A stretch of DNA of 63,523 nucleotides, counting the filler, from Choristocarpus tenellus KU-1152 (lineage: Eukaryota; Protista; Phaeophyceae): the NCBI GenBank assembly GCA_964200185.2. It is 10 parts of 10 records of this genome, joined end to end, with 100 filler letters (N's around TTAATTAATTAA, not from the genome) between each part and the next. Parts side by side here need not be neighbours in the genome. Positions count along the whole stretch, not along the records: positions 51,003 to 63,523 come from CAXNAD020001811.1; 9 more parts are not named here. One strand, 5' to 3'. Below the pieces are notes generated by a model. The model searched no databases. It worked only from the letters and a program-made list of their open reading frames with translations, and was not told where the DNA came from. A program made the position numbers and the translations under genes. Below, in pieces: positions 51,767 to 63,523 of the stretch. Numbering within the stretch: position 1 is the stretch's first letter; the number at the start of each line of letters is the position of its first letter.

Positions 51767-54699
51767 TTTTCTTTCTTTTGTGTCTTGTGTGGTGTTTGTT
51801 GGTTTGGGACATATTTATACACACACATACATACATATATGTCACGACTATATTTCCAAGAATAGGTATATCGGGATCTAGCTTTTGTCCTTGAGGCAGC
51901 TATCCATGAAGAGTATAACATAGCGAGGTGTGTGTGTGTGTTTGGAGGGACAGCAAGAATCTCGAGTTGTTTAAGACCAACATGATGACTTTTTTGTTTT
52001 TGTTAGCTTTTATGGGGAAGGATAAGATTTCAAAGGCTGGCTCTGTTACCCTTTTTTTTCTTCGTGGAATGGCATTTTTTTCTGTTCTGGGGGGAGGGGG
52101 GGGAGAGCAGGCCCGACCTTGTGCTTATTCGTCATCGTTGAACAGAACTCTCCTTCCCCCGCTCCCATATATGCTTTGAACCTGTGTGTGGGTCTGCTTT
52201 GACCTTTAGTTACTCTTCAGGGAGTTTGATGGTGTATTTAGATCTAGAGACATCACACAACAGACTTTCTAAAGTATCTTCTGCTTGCTACAGGCCTGCC
52301 ATGGCACCTTTTCATCCCCCGTGTCAAGTCCTTGAGATCCTAGGTGCTAGCTGAGGGGGAAATCTGTTTTTTTTGCCAAAATAGAACTTTGGTACCAGTA
52401 CTGGAATATTTTTCTATTTTTTCAAGATTTTTTTTTTGTTCCCTCTCGTGAGGAGTACGGGAACAATCACTCACGTACACATCAATACGATTGTGACGGG
52501 GGTTTTGTCATCTCTTGTGTAGAGTGGCAGGTGCCGAGTCCTGCCCCTATATTGCCTAACTCTCTAAGATTCTGCAAGAAGACTTGCACAGACAATGCAT
52601 AGTAAAAATAGACAGCGAATTTGTTCGTGACATGTGCCGAGACCATCTCAAACGGTTTCAATTATGGTGGTGTGTGAGTTTGTTGCATACGATCAGCATT
52701 TCCTTTAAGAGATTTTTTTTTTCACTCTGAAAAAAAAAGGGTCTTTATTGTGTGTAGCAGTATTTTACTTTATTTATCAGTAAATTGAAATAATTCCAAC
52801 GTCAACAACTATGCTGAAAAACTGCTTACCGTATGTGGAGTAGATTTGTAGGGATTGAAAACGAAGAAAACTTGTCAAATGATGAATTGTGCGGAGTTGA
52901 TCAGAAGGCCTTCATCCGCAAGGTGAATGAGTGTCTTCTGCAAGATGAGTGAGCATGCAAGGTAGTGATCATCGGATTCATCGTGGAAAATAAACCAGGC
53001 AGCACCTCTTAATGGTCACAATCTGGCAAACACAGCTTCAATGCAGCGACACAATAAATTAGTCATGTCCACAAGGGTTCTTGCTTGTCCCTGCTAACCA
53101 ATAAAGGACCGCCCGAAGTGAAGAACGTCTAGTATACCCTATGTGTGTGTGAAGATACAAATAGTTAGACATCTCATCTTTGTAGAGGGTGTGATAGAGT
53201 ATGTGGGGCCCCTGTGCTGCATCCTGGTGCATGAACTTTTGCCGTTCTGAAGGTTGATTTCACGCTTATTTTGAGGATGAGGTATCCTCTTCTTTAGTGA
53301 CAGCTTCCTATGCGAGGGGGGTGGCTGCATTTCAGGCATGGATGGGAAATTTTGTTTTGGGGCAAATGGTTTGAAATATCCACGATACTTGAAAGGGTAT
53401 ATAATCCTTTCAAGATCGGATGACTAAAAACTAGTATGCCTGGGACTATATGCAGACTAAGATTACGAAAATATACTCTTCTCTCGAAAGGAAGTCATAT
53501 TTGCTCATAGTAACCTCTCAAAACACGCGATAGCCCAAAACAGTCATCCGCAAAGTTGGCTTAAATAATTTTCTCTTCAACCGTCACAAATGTTTTTATC
53601 TGAACTCAGACGACATGCAACAGTCATTGAGGGGCTTGGTGATCTGGTTGGTGTCCAATTGACTGCGGCGTTGGACAATGAAAATGGCACCAGTTAGTTT
53701 ACATGCTTGAAATGTTGAGCGTTGTTTTTCCTGTATTGTCTTGTCTTCTTTTGAAATTTTATTGTTGCTAAAAGGAAAAATGATAATGTTATTTGGTTTC
53801 ATTGTTACACAAACCATCTACTACGTGATGATGATGTTACATCCAATCCCTCAGTAACAATTCGTTCATACTGACCATTGCAGGGAGGAGAACATCATCA
53901 ATAGCAACCACAAAAATAATTATACCCTTACATGTACACCATAAATCAACTGGACTAGGGGGTAAGGGTTGCATGAAGGAGAAGCAAATCTGTCTCAATT
54001 ATCGATGGACTGTTCCAAACAGCGGTGTAGAGTTCAACAGTGAGCCAAAGTAGAGGTGCTCAGGTTTTGGCCGTTTTGCATTTCTATATTTTAATCTTTT
54101 GTAATTCATACATATTTTTATGGATGAAGATTCAAACACTGTTGTGCTGTGGGGGCGTTGGAGATTGAACTGCCGGTTGATTGTTACACATGAAATTGAA
54201 CTAGGATGGTTGGGTTTGCTTCTCTGACACCTTGGTTTGAGTCAACAAATTGTCAGGAAAAATACAGGAAGCGCCAGTACTTAAGGCCCCACTCGCCTCG
54301 CCCACTCTCTTCCATGTGAGTCAATGGTCTGCATAGAGGGTATGGTGGACAAGAACTCCGTCTGGACATTACTGAATGCTTCAAAGCCTCTATATCATAT
54401 TACGAAGGGTGCCAGTTCTTGGAACCTCATTGGCAACCTGGGAAGAAAACATAAAAATATTGGATTATGTTATAGATAATGCGAAAGAAACCTATTATGG
54501 TGTATGATTAGTCACGGTTATCCCATCAACGAATAGTATATTCTGACCCATGCAGCCCCCAATATGTAGTCGGCAGCTATCTCTGATTTGTCGCCAAAAT
54601 CGGCGGACTGCCGAAAGTATCTGCTTTATATTCCTCCCTGTTGCAATAAACTCTACATTGAGAAGTGATTATCAATATTTGGGCTGTACATATGTGAGC

Positions 54700-54741
<42 letters not shown>

Positions 54742-55738
54742 TGAGGGCATGTTTTTGGTAATATGTTTTACTATCGAAGTCACAGGTGAGTGGTTTACAA
54801 AGCCCTGGGTAGACACACACACACACACACGCACACACATTATTATGGAAAGTCAGTATATGCAATGCATGTTCTGTAATTGATACAAAATTTGTCTCAG
54901 CATGCATTGACGACATGGCAATGATATTTTGGGGGCGCCATTTTGTTGCCTCTCCAGGATCACTTTCGTACGTAGTAGCTAGTAGTAGTAGCGGCACGTT
55001 GCTTGCATCCACTGTCCATGGGAATGCTGGTTAGGTGTCTTGCTGAAGGCAAGAAGGAGGACAATGACTTGTAAAAACCTTGGAGCAAGATTGTGGTAGG
55101 CATTATCAAAGTAGCCACTAAACCCCTACCTCACCTCTAAAATTACTACGGCACCACCTCCATAATATATGAATGAAGAAAGGGATCATTCATTGAACTA
55201 TATTACGTATCGCTCTTCTACTAATACTGATGTCTTAGACTCGAAGCTCACTCCTGGAGTACCTCCCCGCTGCATTTACATGGCTCCAGAATCTCCGAGT
55301 GTGAAACTAATCCTATTGCTCTCCCCAAGAATTGTGTTCCATGTAACACTAGGGTAAACACCCACTAAATATCATTGACTGAGTGCTTGATGTACTACTC
55401 TCAATCCATCCAGTACACTCTATTTGTTGGTTGAGGGTTCTTGTAAAAACGGACTCTGATATCAACAACAGAATCTTTTTTCTTGGTGTGTGCATGATCT
55501 CTTTTCTATTTGAGCATACATTGCCATGTGAGAACTTGACAGTACTTTATACTCCCTGATAAACAAAAAGATGGTAGCTTTGAGACAGATTGCCTCCTAC
55601 TCGTGTGGTGGAAATCTCCATTTGTTCAGTCCAGACCAGCCGATTCCACCATACACTGTGTGGCACATGAATAACCTCCGGCATTTGTTCCACCTCGTTC
55701 TCCTAATTATGCCAATCCTCTCGATTTGTGCGCTCCAT

Positions 55739-58700
55739 TTACGCCCCCATATTGTTGTTCTGACTAACGCCTCGTCCCTGCCTGGCCGCAGACTTAGGAC
55801 GGCCTTGTTTACTCCGACTAGAAGGCGGGTTATAGACCCACTCTTCACATGATCCGATATGTTCCAGCTGCAGCCTTCGATCCTGTCGCTCTTCCCCCAC
55901 TAGAACAATCCCCCCACTTACCCCTCCCACCCTGTCACCTTTCAGTGCTCCCTCAACATCACACCCCTGAGATTTCCCCTGTTCATGATTTTGGCATGAT
56001 GTTTTCTCCTTCCCTGTATCTCGCATTTTAAAATCACTGTTGCCACTCCCATCATCGTCCTCCTCGAAGTCATTGCCGTAACCATAGTCTCCTTCATCAA
56101 ACGATCCCCTTCCCTCTTGCCCCTGCAACAGTCCTAGAACCACCCCAGCCTCTGCCCCTGACCCCTCCCCTGCCTCCTGTGGCAGATTGTGACAATGATT
56201 TCCCCCTTCCAACTGGGGAGTCCCTGTCACCATGTTCGCCACTGAGAGGCCATTCAAAACTTCGCCAGGGTCTGTTCTTGCAGAGAGAGAGGAAGGAACA
56301 TGCGCCTCGGTCACAGTCGAGTTTGAATTGGTGTGAAAAAATCTTCTTTGTCCTCTACGCCTGCTGTCATCTCCATGGCTTTTACAAGAACCTGAACCAG
56401 GTCGAGATCTGGATTGCTCCTTTTTTGCTTCCCTGCCTATATTATTGTGGAAGCAGGATTCCGAGCGGGGGTGATGGGCGCTAGAAGCTCGTCGAGAAGA
56501 ATAGGATTGGGAAGAGGATGTGGTAGACGAGAGAATGATGCACAGATCACGATGGGGTGTGAAGGGAGACTGGGAGATGGTTGGGGCTAGGGAGGAAGTT
56601 GATGAAACGGCCTCATGAGGTGCTAAGGGGAAGGAAGCAGTGCCTTGCCCGGTTTCCATCTCTCTCTTTCTCCCATAGACTCCATCATTTCTTGCCTCTA
56701 CTTCCTTCCCCTTGACCACATCTCCGATACCCCCTCCTTTCCGAATATCAATCATGTCTTGGCCCTGGCTATTACCCTTGTTCTTGAACCGGACCCCACT
56801 CACGATTCTATCCCTGCCCATAACTTCACCCGTACTATAGTCAAATGAAGCCTGATTGCTTGTATTCCTAAGACTACTTTCTCTACCTTGAGCACTTGGT
56901 GTTGCTGAAGCCACTGGGGCAATATTGTCAACACCGCCAGATGATGAGGGGAAGAGCGATGGTGATGGCAAAGCTCCAGCCACCTTCAAAACGCTTCGTA
57001 GTCCTGCCACCTGTTCTAGGACTTCCTCGTGCTCATCCTGGAACTCGTTCCACCTATGACAATGAGGTATGAGGCAAGAACTATCGATTTGTATTTGTAT
57101 GTGTTACTCAGTCATGGAAGAGAGAGGGAAAACATGGATAAAGATAGGGTGCACACTTTGTGATGAATTGATGCAGAGTTTGATAGACGCCAACTTTCAC
57201 AGTTACAGGTTACAACACATTCCTTCTAGAAACAACAATAATAGGTGCTAAAGAAAGCGCCATCTTCTACAAAAATATCACTCTTCTTTTCAACCATGTG
57301 ATCATATTCAGCAATGTGGAATCGTGTGAGGCTCCCATCTCTTTCTTCTCTCTTCTTCCATACTAAGACAAACTGCAGTCTAAATCTGCTCAGGTTATGA
57401 GCCTCAACGATATGGAGAATGACATGAGGAAGTTGCCCATCTGGATTGGAGCACCAGGGTGGTCAGTTGAGACCTGGACAACATGGAGATTATCTGAGAT
57501 TGGCTACGCCAGTGGAAAGGGTCTGCACAACATTCTATGGCGAAAATGGTGGTCCCTGAACTCATGAGACACCAATGGGATAGGAATGAATAGTATACAA
57601 GTACTACGAGAAGAACAGCAGACATCTGTGGTTTCTGCTGATCCAAGCGACAAGAGGTTCCGCAGCTCAAATCGCGAAGAGATTCGACAATGAGAACCCA
57701 GACGACGCAGGAGCATAGATGGAATTTGAACGAGTCTATGGACGCCGTGTGGAGGACAAGGTCCCGCGCAAATGATCACCCTGGAAGCGCGCCTCCAGGG
57801 GCTGCAGTTCTCCTCGACTACGGACAGTACGGATCTTGTAGTCAAACGCAAAGAAATTTTGCAGAGTTCAAGCAGCTAGAGGAAGGAAGTGCAGAGAACA
57901 TAAAGAAGGCTTCAAAACTGTTGGCCATCAAAGACGCTGTGCCCAACATTTCACACAGCTGATCACAGACCCGATACAAGCTACGAGGAGCTGAAGCAGG
58001 CAATCATCTCATCATCACCATACTTACCTTCAGACCAGGAGGGGAACGGAAACGCAAGAGCCCTACAAAGCACGACAAGGGACCGACTGTTGGACAATCA
58101 CGGGGGGTCATCGAGATATTCTGATTTATGACCAATGCACTTTCTGTCTCAAATGGGATCATCGATGGAGGGAATGCCATTCGTATTTGGCGGGAAAACC
58201 ACTAGCAGAACAACCATGAGGGATGGTGCCTGCTATGCAATTTCCTCCACCACCTGGAACTACAGTGATACCCAGTCAAGGAGGGCATTAAAAGGGAAGA
58301 GGTGGCAATAAAGATTAGCACAGTCATTCTCAGCCTTCAAGGTAACGGCTAGCAAAGAGGAAGAGTAAGGGACACTTAGCTCATCATGAGGCAAAGAGAT
58401 TGAACTCCTGTGTGACTCTGGAGCAAATATGCATCTCACACCATACAGAGAGGATCTGGTGAACACAGAAGCAATAAAGCGAACCTGCACCTTTGGCAAC
58501 AATGGAAAGCTGGAGGCTACAGAGACAGGGGATATGGTACTATCAACAACAAGCAAGAATAGGGAGTCAGGAAAGGGTGGTATTTCAGAATGTACTTTGG
58601 GTACCTGGAATGCCATGGCCAATATTGAGCACTAGAGCCCTAAGGCGAGAAGGAGGAGAATTCATGGACTTGGGATCAAGAATAAGCACCTCAGAACTTC

Positions 58701-61700
58701 ATGGAACGGTTCGCAGATTAAGTTGGAGAAATCAGGGGAATTTCGACAAGAGTAAGGGAAATGCAATATTTCCTAGGAAGAGACAGAAACTTACACTTTA
58801 TGACTGGCACAATATACTGGGCCACATCAACCCATCAGCCACGAAACACCTTGAAAAGCATGGAATACTGGAGATCTAGACAATACGGTGGCTTCCGAGA
58901 TGGGATGCAAGATGGGCAAGGAATGCAAAGTGATAAAGCTCAGCTACCAGAGGGGAGTTCAAAGCCCCAAACAGCCTAGTGCGGTGATACACACGCATCT
59001 GGCAGGTCCCTTCCAACCGGATGTCACAGCACACAAGCAATTCCAAGTATTTACCGACAAGAGCAGCAGGGACAAGCGAATTTACGGCTTGAAGACCAGA
59101 GATGCAGTGACAGACGCCACCGCTGCCTACGTCAACGAAATGGCCAGAGAAGGCGTGGTTGTGAAGTGCATCAGTAGGGATGGTGTTGGGGAACTTGGGA
59201 AACCAGTTTGATTCTAACACATGCTAGCCAACAGCAGGATTCGATGGAGGAAGTCACCACCACATACACCCCAGAGCAACAGGATCGTGGAACAGTCCAT
59301 TAAGCAACTGACGGAGACTGCAAGGAGCCAACATGTGAAAGTGAGACTGGGCGACGAGTAACGGTTCTTTGCCGTAACGGATGTGGCATTCAAACCTGGA
59401 GGGATGCCTGGGTGGGGAGACACCTTGTGAGCGACTCACAGACAGGTTGAGAGTCTGGGGGAGTGAGTGCTACCTACACCAGACAAAGCAACAGCAGGAA
59501 GCTTCATCGAGGTTTCACCCCTATGCCAAGAGGGGACTGCTAATGGGACATGACTGCATATCACCATGCTGGCACGTATGGCTTCCTCAGGAAGGCAAGC
59601 TAGTCACTTCGACACATGTAACCTTCAAACCAGAGGAGTGCACCATGGACTTTGTTGGGGAACGGGACATCTCTCTGACCGAGTATGGTGAACAATACAA
59701 CTACGACAACATAACCAATGTACTCAGGATATACCCCGAAGACACATACTGTTTAATGGTAGGCAACACTACCCCCAGACCATCAAGAACCATCTGTATC
59801 AGAGGCACTTGTGGGGTCTGATGTGTGAGAATGGCAAACGGTGATGGAGAAGGAGATGGGGGAACAATGGATGAAGAGACATTCATAGAGGGAGAGGATT
59901 TGCCATAGGGAAGGAAACCTATCAAGAATCTGTTCGCATTAAAGATAAAGCGGACAGTTGATGAGACCATCGAACGGTTCAAGGCACAGAGCTTCACTCA
60001 AAGGGAGGGTGTGGAGTACTTCACGTTCAGTCGAGTGGTTGACTTCAAAGAAATCAGGACAGTCCTGGCGACAGCAGCAGCTTGCAATTGGGAGATGAGC
60101 CAAAGTTACTTAGAGGGTAGGGACGCGTCCATTTGGAGGCCAAAATCCAATGTTGCGATTTTGATGTAATTTTGGCTATCGTGTTTGTTAGGAAGTGTCA
60201 ATATCCTTGTAGCGGATATGCCTTTTCATAACGCATACATTTTACCTACTCCGGAACATACTGGAGTAGGAAAATGTCATAATAAAACCCAAGGTAAGCC
60301 AAGACTCAAATGGACAAACAGTGAAAAACTCGTACCCTCTAAGATACTTTCACTCAGATGCACTCACTGAATTTTACACAACCCTACCTTAATGCTTCAC
60401 TACCTGAGGAAGTATGGTTGCAACTGCCTGACGGTATAGTGGTCAAGGCCACCAAGGCTATTTACGGTTTGAAGCAATTGGCCCATGGATGGTACAAGGT
60501 ACTTAAGGAGACGATTCTCGATGATGGATGGAGCATTAGCCAGTTTGATGATTGCTTGTACTTCAAGTGGAGCGAGGACGGGCGAATTGCCACCTTATTC
60601 CACTATGTGGACGACACCTCTCTCATCGAGGACTAGATGGAGGAGATCGAAAGGATGAAAACACTACTGCTCAAGAAGTATGAGTGGAAGAACCTTGGCG
60701 CCCCAGATAAGTTGGTTGGAGTGGCGATGAACAGAGACAAGACTGGTATCACAATACATCAAAAAAAAATTGCCGAGAGTATTGCCGCAAAAGGTATTGG
60801 TTCAATGGAGGTACACTTATCATGATCACCATTGGAACCAGGAATAGACTTGAAACCATGGCATGAGAACGAGGAAGAACTAGATCAAGAACTTTACCCT
60901 TAGTGCACTATTTTGGGGAAACTGATGTTCCTCACAGGAATGATGCAACTGGATCTCTCCAGCACTGTGAGGGAACTAGGTCGCACTGTTTCATCGCCAT
61001 GCGGGCAGCGCTACAAGGAACTGCAATATGTACTGCATTACGATGCAGGCTCCACCAATGTGGGGATACACTATCCCACTGAAGGAGAGAGAGACAACAA
61101 AGGGCTCATAAGGTATGGCGATTCAGACCGGGCCAATGATCCTGTATCAAGACTGAGCGTCACAGGATATCTACTCCTATTCAATGGAAAATCGATTGCG
61201 TGGAAGGTGAAACTGCAAGGAGCTGTAACCACATCTACCTCAGATGCAGAATAGACAGCGATGGTACAAGGGATAAGACACACAATATTTATTGGAGGAA
61301 TCCTGGTAGAGTTTGTCATACCACAAGGGATTTCAACTTGGTACGGGGAAAGTCGAAGCGCAATACAATCAGGGACAACAGTGGGGTTCAACGGAAGAAC
61401 AAGGCATGTCGACCTAAAGTTTAAATGTACAAGGGAGTATGTGAGCAAAGGAAAAATTGTAGTGCACTATATACTTACTGCACTGCAACTTGCTGATATT
61501 TTAACAAAGAGACTACGGAAGGAGCAGGTAGAAGACTTGGTAGACACTGTGTTGATAAGATGAATGCAGTTTGCGAGAGTTAAAGTAATCTGTGTAGAAT
61601 AAGGTATGAATTATGGTAATATGTGACTGAAAGCATTTGGGACAATGGTTCATGTCTTTGCTGATTATTTATTGGCAATTGGTCATAGATTGAAAGTTCG

Positions 61701-62627
61701 CATGTTTGAGACTTTTTTATGTTGTGATGGAGCTTTCTGGGAACGTTCCTTTGCTTCATATTAGTGATTGCTTCTAGAAACAACAATAGGTGCTAAAGAA
61801 AGCCCCATCTTCTACAATAATATCACTCTTCTTTTCAACCATATGATCACATTCAGCAATGGAGAATCGTGTGAGGCTCCCATCTCTTTCTTCTCTTTTC
61901 TTCCATACTCACACCAACAGCAGTCTAAATCTGCACAGATTTGATTTAGATTGCTGGGAGAGATGGGTTGTGCACATTGTCATATCATAATACATTACAG
62001 CATTGAACGATTGGGGAAAGAGTTACAGCAAAACGAATTATATTCCGCATTTTCAGGACGGGCAACTAAGCCAGTAAATCCGATTCTCTGATAACTAAGA
62101 ATTGAGGACTAGTAGAACAGTCAGACAATAATGTGACCTTCATCCCTGATAGCAGAGGATCCACACGAGAAATTCCACATTTTTTCAGGCATTCACGCCA
62201 CACCATAGAGCTCTAGACAATAATCGTCCCCGGCATATTTCTGTGGCAGGGTGTGGCAGTGAAATTTCCCCACAACATGTACATTAAATCACTATTTCTT
62301 TCTTCGTGGAAGATGCCACACTCATGAAAATACGGTTCAGACTTCTTCGTCGATGGAGGTTGGGTGATTGAGGAGTGAGATGATAAGAATGTCTACAAAC
62401 TTGCACAAGGAGGGGCTATAAGCGGTGATTTGGATTCATTCATGAAGTGTGTGCCTTGGGTGAGATAAGTAGAAAGAGGGGGGAAATAGAGGTGCGACGC
62501 ACCTGTCTGTAAGGGTAACATAGCTCTCCTGCAGGGCCTCAAGGTCCCCTATCTTCTCGGTGAGACTGGCAAATAGCTCCTCCTCATGGGATCTGGCAAT
62601 GTCTCTCTCCTCTGTCAGCACCTCTAC
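55739..62627 (-). CDS. Unknown coiled-coil/low-complexity protein; exons 62627-62503 and 57053-55739, separated by a 5.4-kb Copia-containing intron
   Basis: Exon VEVLTEERDIARSHEEELFASLTEKIGDLEALQESYVTLTD(R) ends AG|GTGCGT and joins in phase (CATAG|G) to WNEFQDEHEEVLEQVAGLRSVLK, which continues as the 423-aa ORF. Confidence 0.7.
57223..57392 (+). repeat. 5' LTR (alignable part)
   Basis: About 12 substitutions and one 3-bp indel versus 61771-61937, counted by eye. Confidence 0.85.
57393..57403 (+). promoter_or_regulatory. Copia primer-binding site
   Basis: GGTTATGAGCC directly after the LTR-terminal CA. It resembles the GGTTATGGGCCC PBS that uses an internal fragment of initiator tRNA-Met. 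Confidence 0.75.
60097..60355 (+). mobile_element. MITE family A copy inserted in the Copia RT, 4-bp TSD AGAT
   Basis: Flanked AGAT/AGAT. Excision restores TGG GAG ATG CAC TCA CTG AAT (WEMHSLN..., the RT W.xHQLD motif). Confidence 0.95.
61771..61937 (+). repeat. 3' LTR (alignable part)
   Basis: Direct repeat of 57223-57392. Confidence 0.85.
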
Positions 62628-63436
62628 CTATTGAGTGTTGGAGAGGTGCTGGTTGCAAGCAATGCTATCTTTCACAGTCCACTGCAAAATTGAGGACATC
62701 CATTGTGTTCTACAATAGAGAGAGCTTAGTCTTGACCCTCCCCACGGGAGGATGGAAGATGTGTGTTCTATTGAGACATTCACGTTGTCTCCATTCTGTT
62801 GAAAACATTTAATCAATCTCTGGCACAGGTAGTACCAATTCTTGATAAATGTTCTTGTTCTTGTCATTACTGTCCTTCTTGCAATTATTGTTCTATTTGT
62901 TATTTCTATTCCTTGCTACAGAAACCTCGCCGGATATTTTGCTGGGGTTGGAAACCACTTAATTTTCAATTCTACTCCTATGTTCTTTGCCAGAAGCCCA
63001 AAATACAGTGCGCCACATTCACCCTTCTCATCAGCGTATGCTAGTGAATGGATTTGTTGCTGAAATGATCTTCCTGATTCAAAAAGTGTTACCAAGTACT
63101 GCCTACATTTTGTAAGAGCAATATACTGTATGCCCCTCAGAGTCACTTCTGATTTTTGTATTCAACCATCAACTACCCAATACCTGAGCTCTTGAACCTT
63201 GCTTATTTGGCAGTTACATCAATGGAGGTCATTTCGTCGTTTCTTATGGAGCCCATGTCGTCAAGAGGTGACTTCCATTCTTTGGTGTATTTATCCCCAG
63301 GAATGAGCTCTGAACATACGGGCTTTCGCAGCCCTGTGCCTAAATTTCTGATATTTCCTTGTTGATAATCCTATGCAGCATTTCAGTGTGCTATATCGGT
63401 TACATTCTTGGTGAAAATTTATCGTATTTCACTCCA

Positions 63437-63523
63437 GGCTCAAAGTATCTGGGAGGGGGTGGCTGCTGTCCATTTGGGGTCAATTTTTTTATGTCACGAT
63501 TTTTTGGTGATTTGGTTGCATAC
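63437..63523 (+). mobile_element. MITE family B copy, cut by the window end
   Basis: GGCTCAAAGTATCTGGGAGGGGGTGGCTGCTGTCCATTTGGGGTCAATTTTTT. Confidence 0.85.

Larger units (their letters stand above)
57223..61937 (+). mobile_element. Decayed Ty1/Copia LTR retrotransposon
   Basis: Direct repeats 57223-57392 and 61771-61937 both end in CA, and the PBS GGTTATGAGCC follows the first. Domains occur in Copia order: Zn knuckle CTFCLKWDHRWREC, protease LCDSGANMH, DWHNILGH, integrase IHTHLAGPF / SPPHTPQSNRIVEQ / LRVWGSECY, RT KAIYGLKQ / YVDD, RNase H YGDSD / RTRHVDLKF / QLADILTK. Many stops and frameshifts. Confidence 0.95.

Overview
Fragmented eukaryotic nuclear DNA. It is intron-rich with GT-AG introns and TTAGGG telomere-type repeats; the gene style suggests a stramenopile or brown-alga-like organism (inference). 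It is not one locus: ten contigs are joined by an artificial 100-bp linker (N-run, TTAATTAATTAA, N-run), so adjacency across linkers means nothing. Recognisable host genes are the 3' exons of PEX1 (-), the last 10 exons of a cytoplasmic dynein heavy chain (+), a WRN-like RecQ helicase (-; Zn-binding, RQC, HRDC and HTH exons) and a coiled-coil/low-complexity gene (-) whose 5.4-kb intron holds a decayed Copia LTR retrotransposon. The non-coding DNA is dominated by two related MITE families (about 15 copies). They share an AAAGTATCT terminal core and mostly 4-bp TSDs, and they nest in each other and in Copia; family A also has a central hairpin. The most striking observations are: (1) a bacterial IS256 transposase fragment fused to an interstitial (TTAGGG)n tract, suggesting a telomerase-assisted bacterial DNA insertion scar; (2) an intron-less, decayed ParB/DGQHR-like ORF that shares an exact 21-mer with a dispersed repeat family; (3) the MITE system itself; (4) a 2-kb element with about 80-bp TIRs; (5) unrelated minisatellites concentrated in the RecQ introns.
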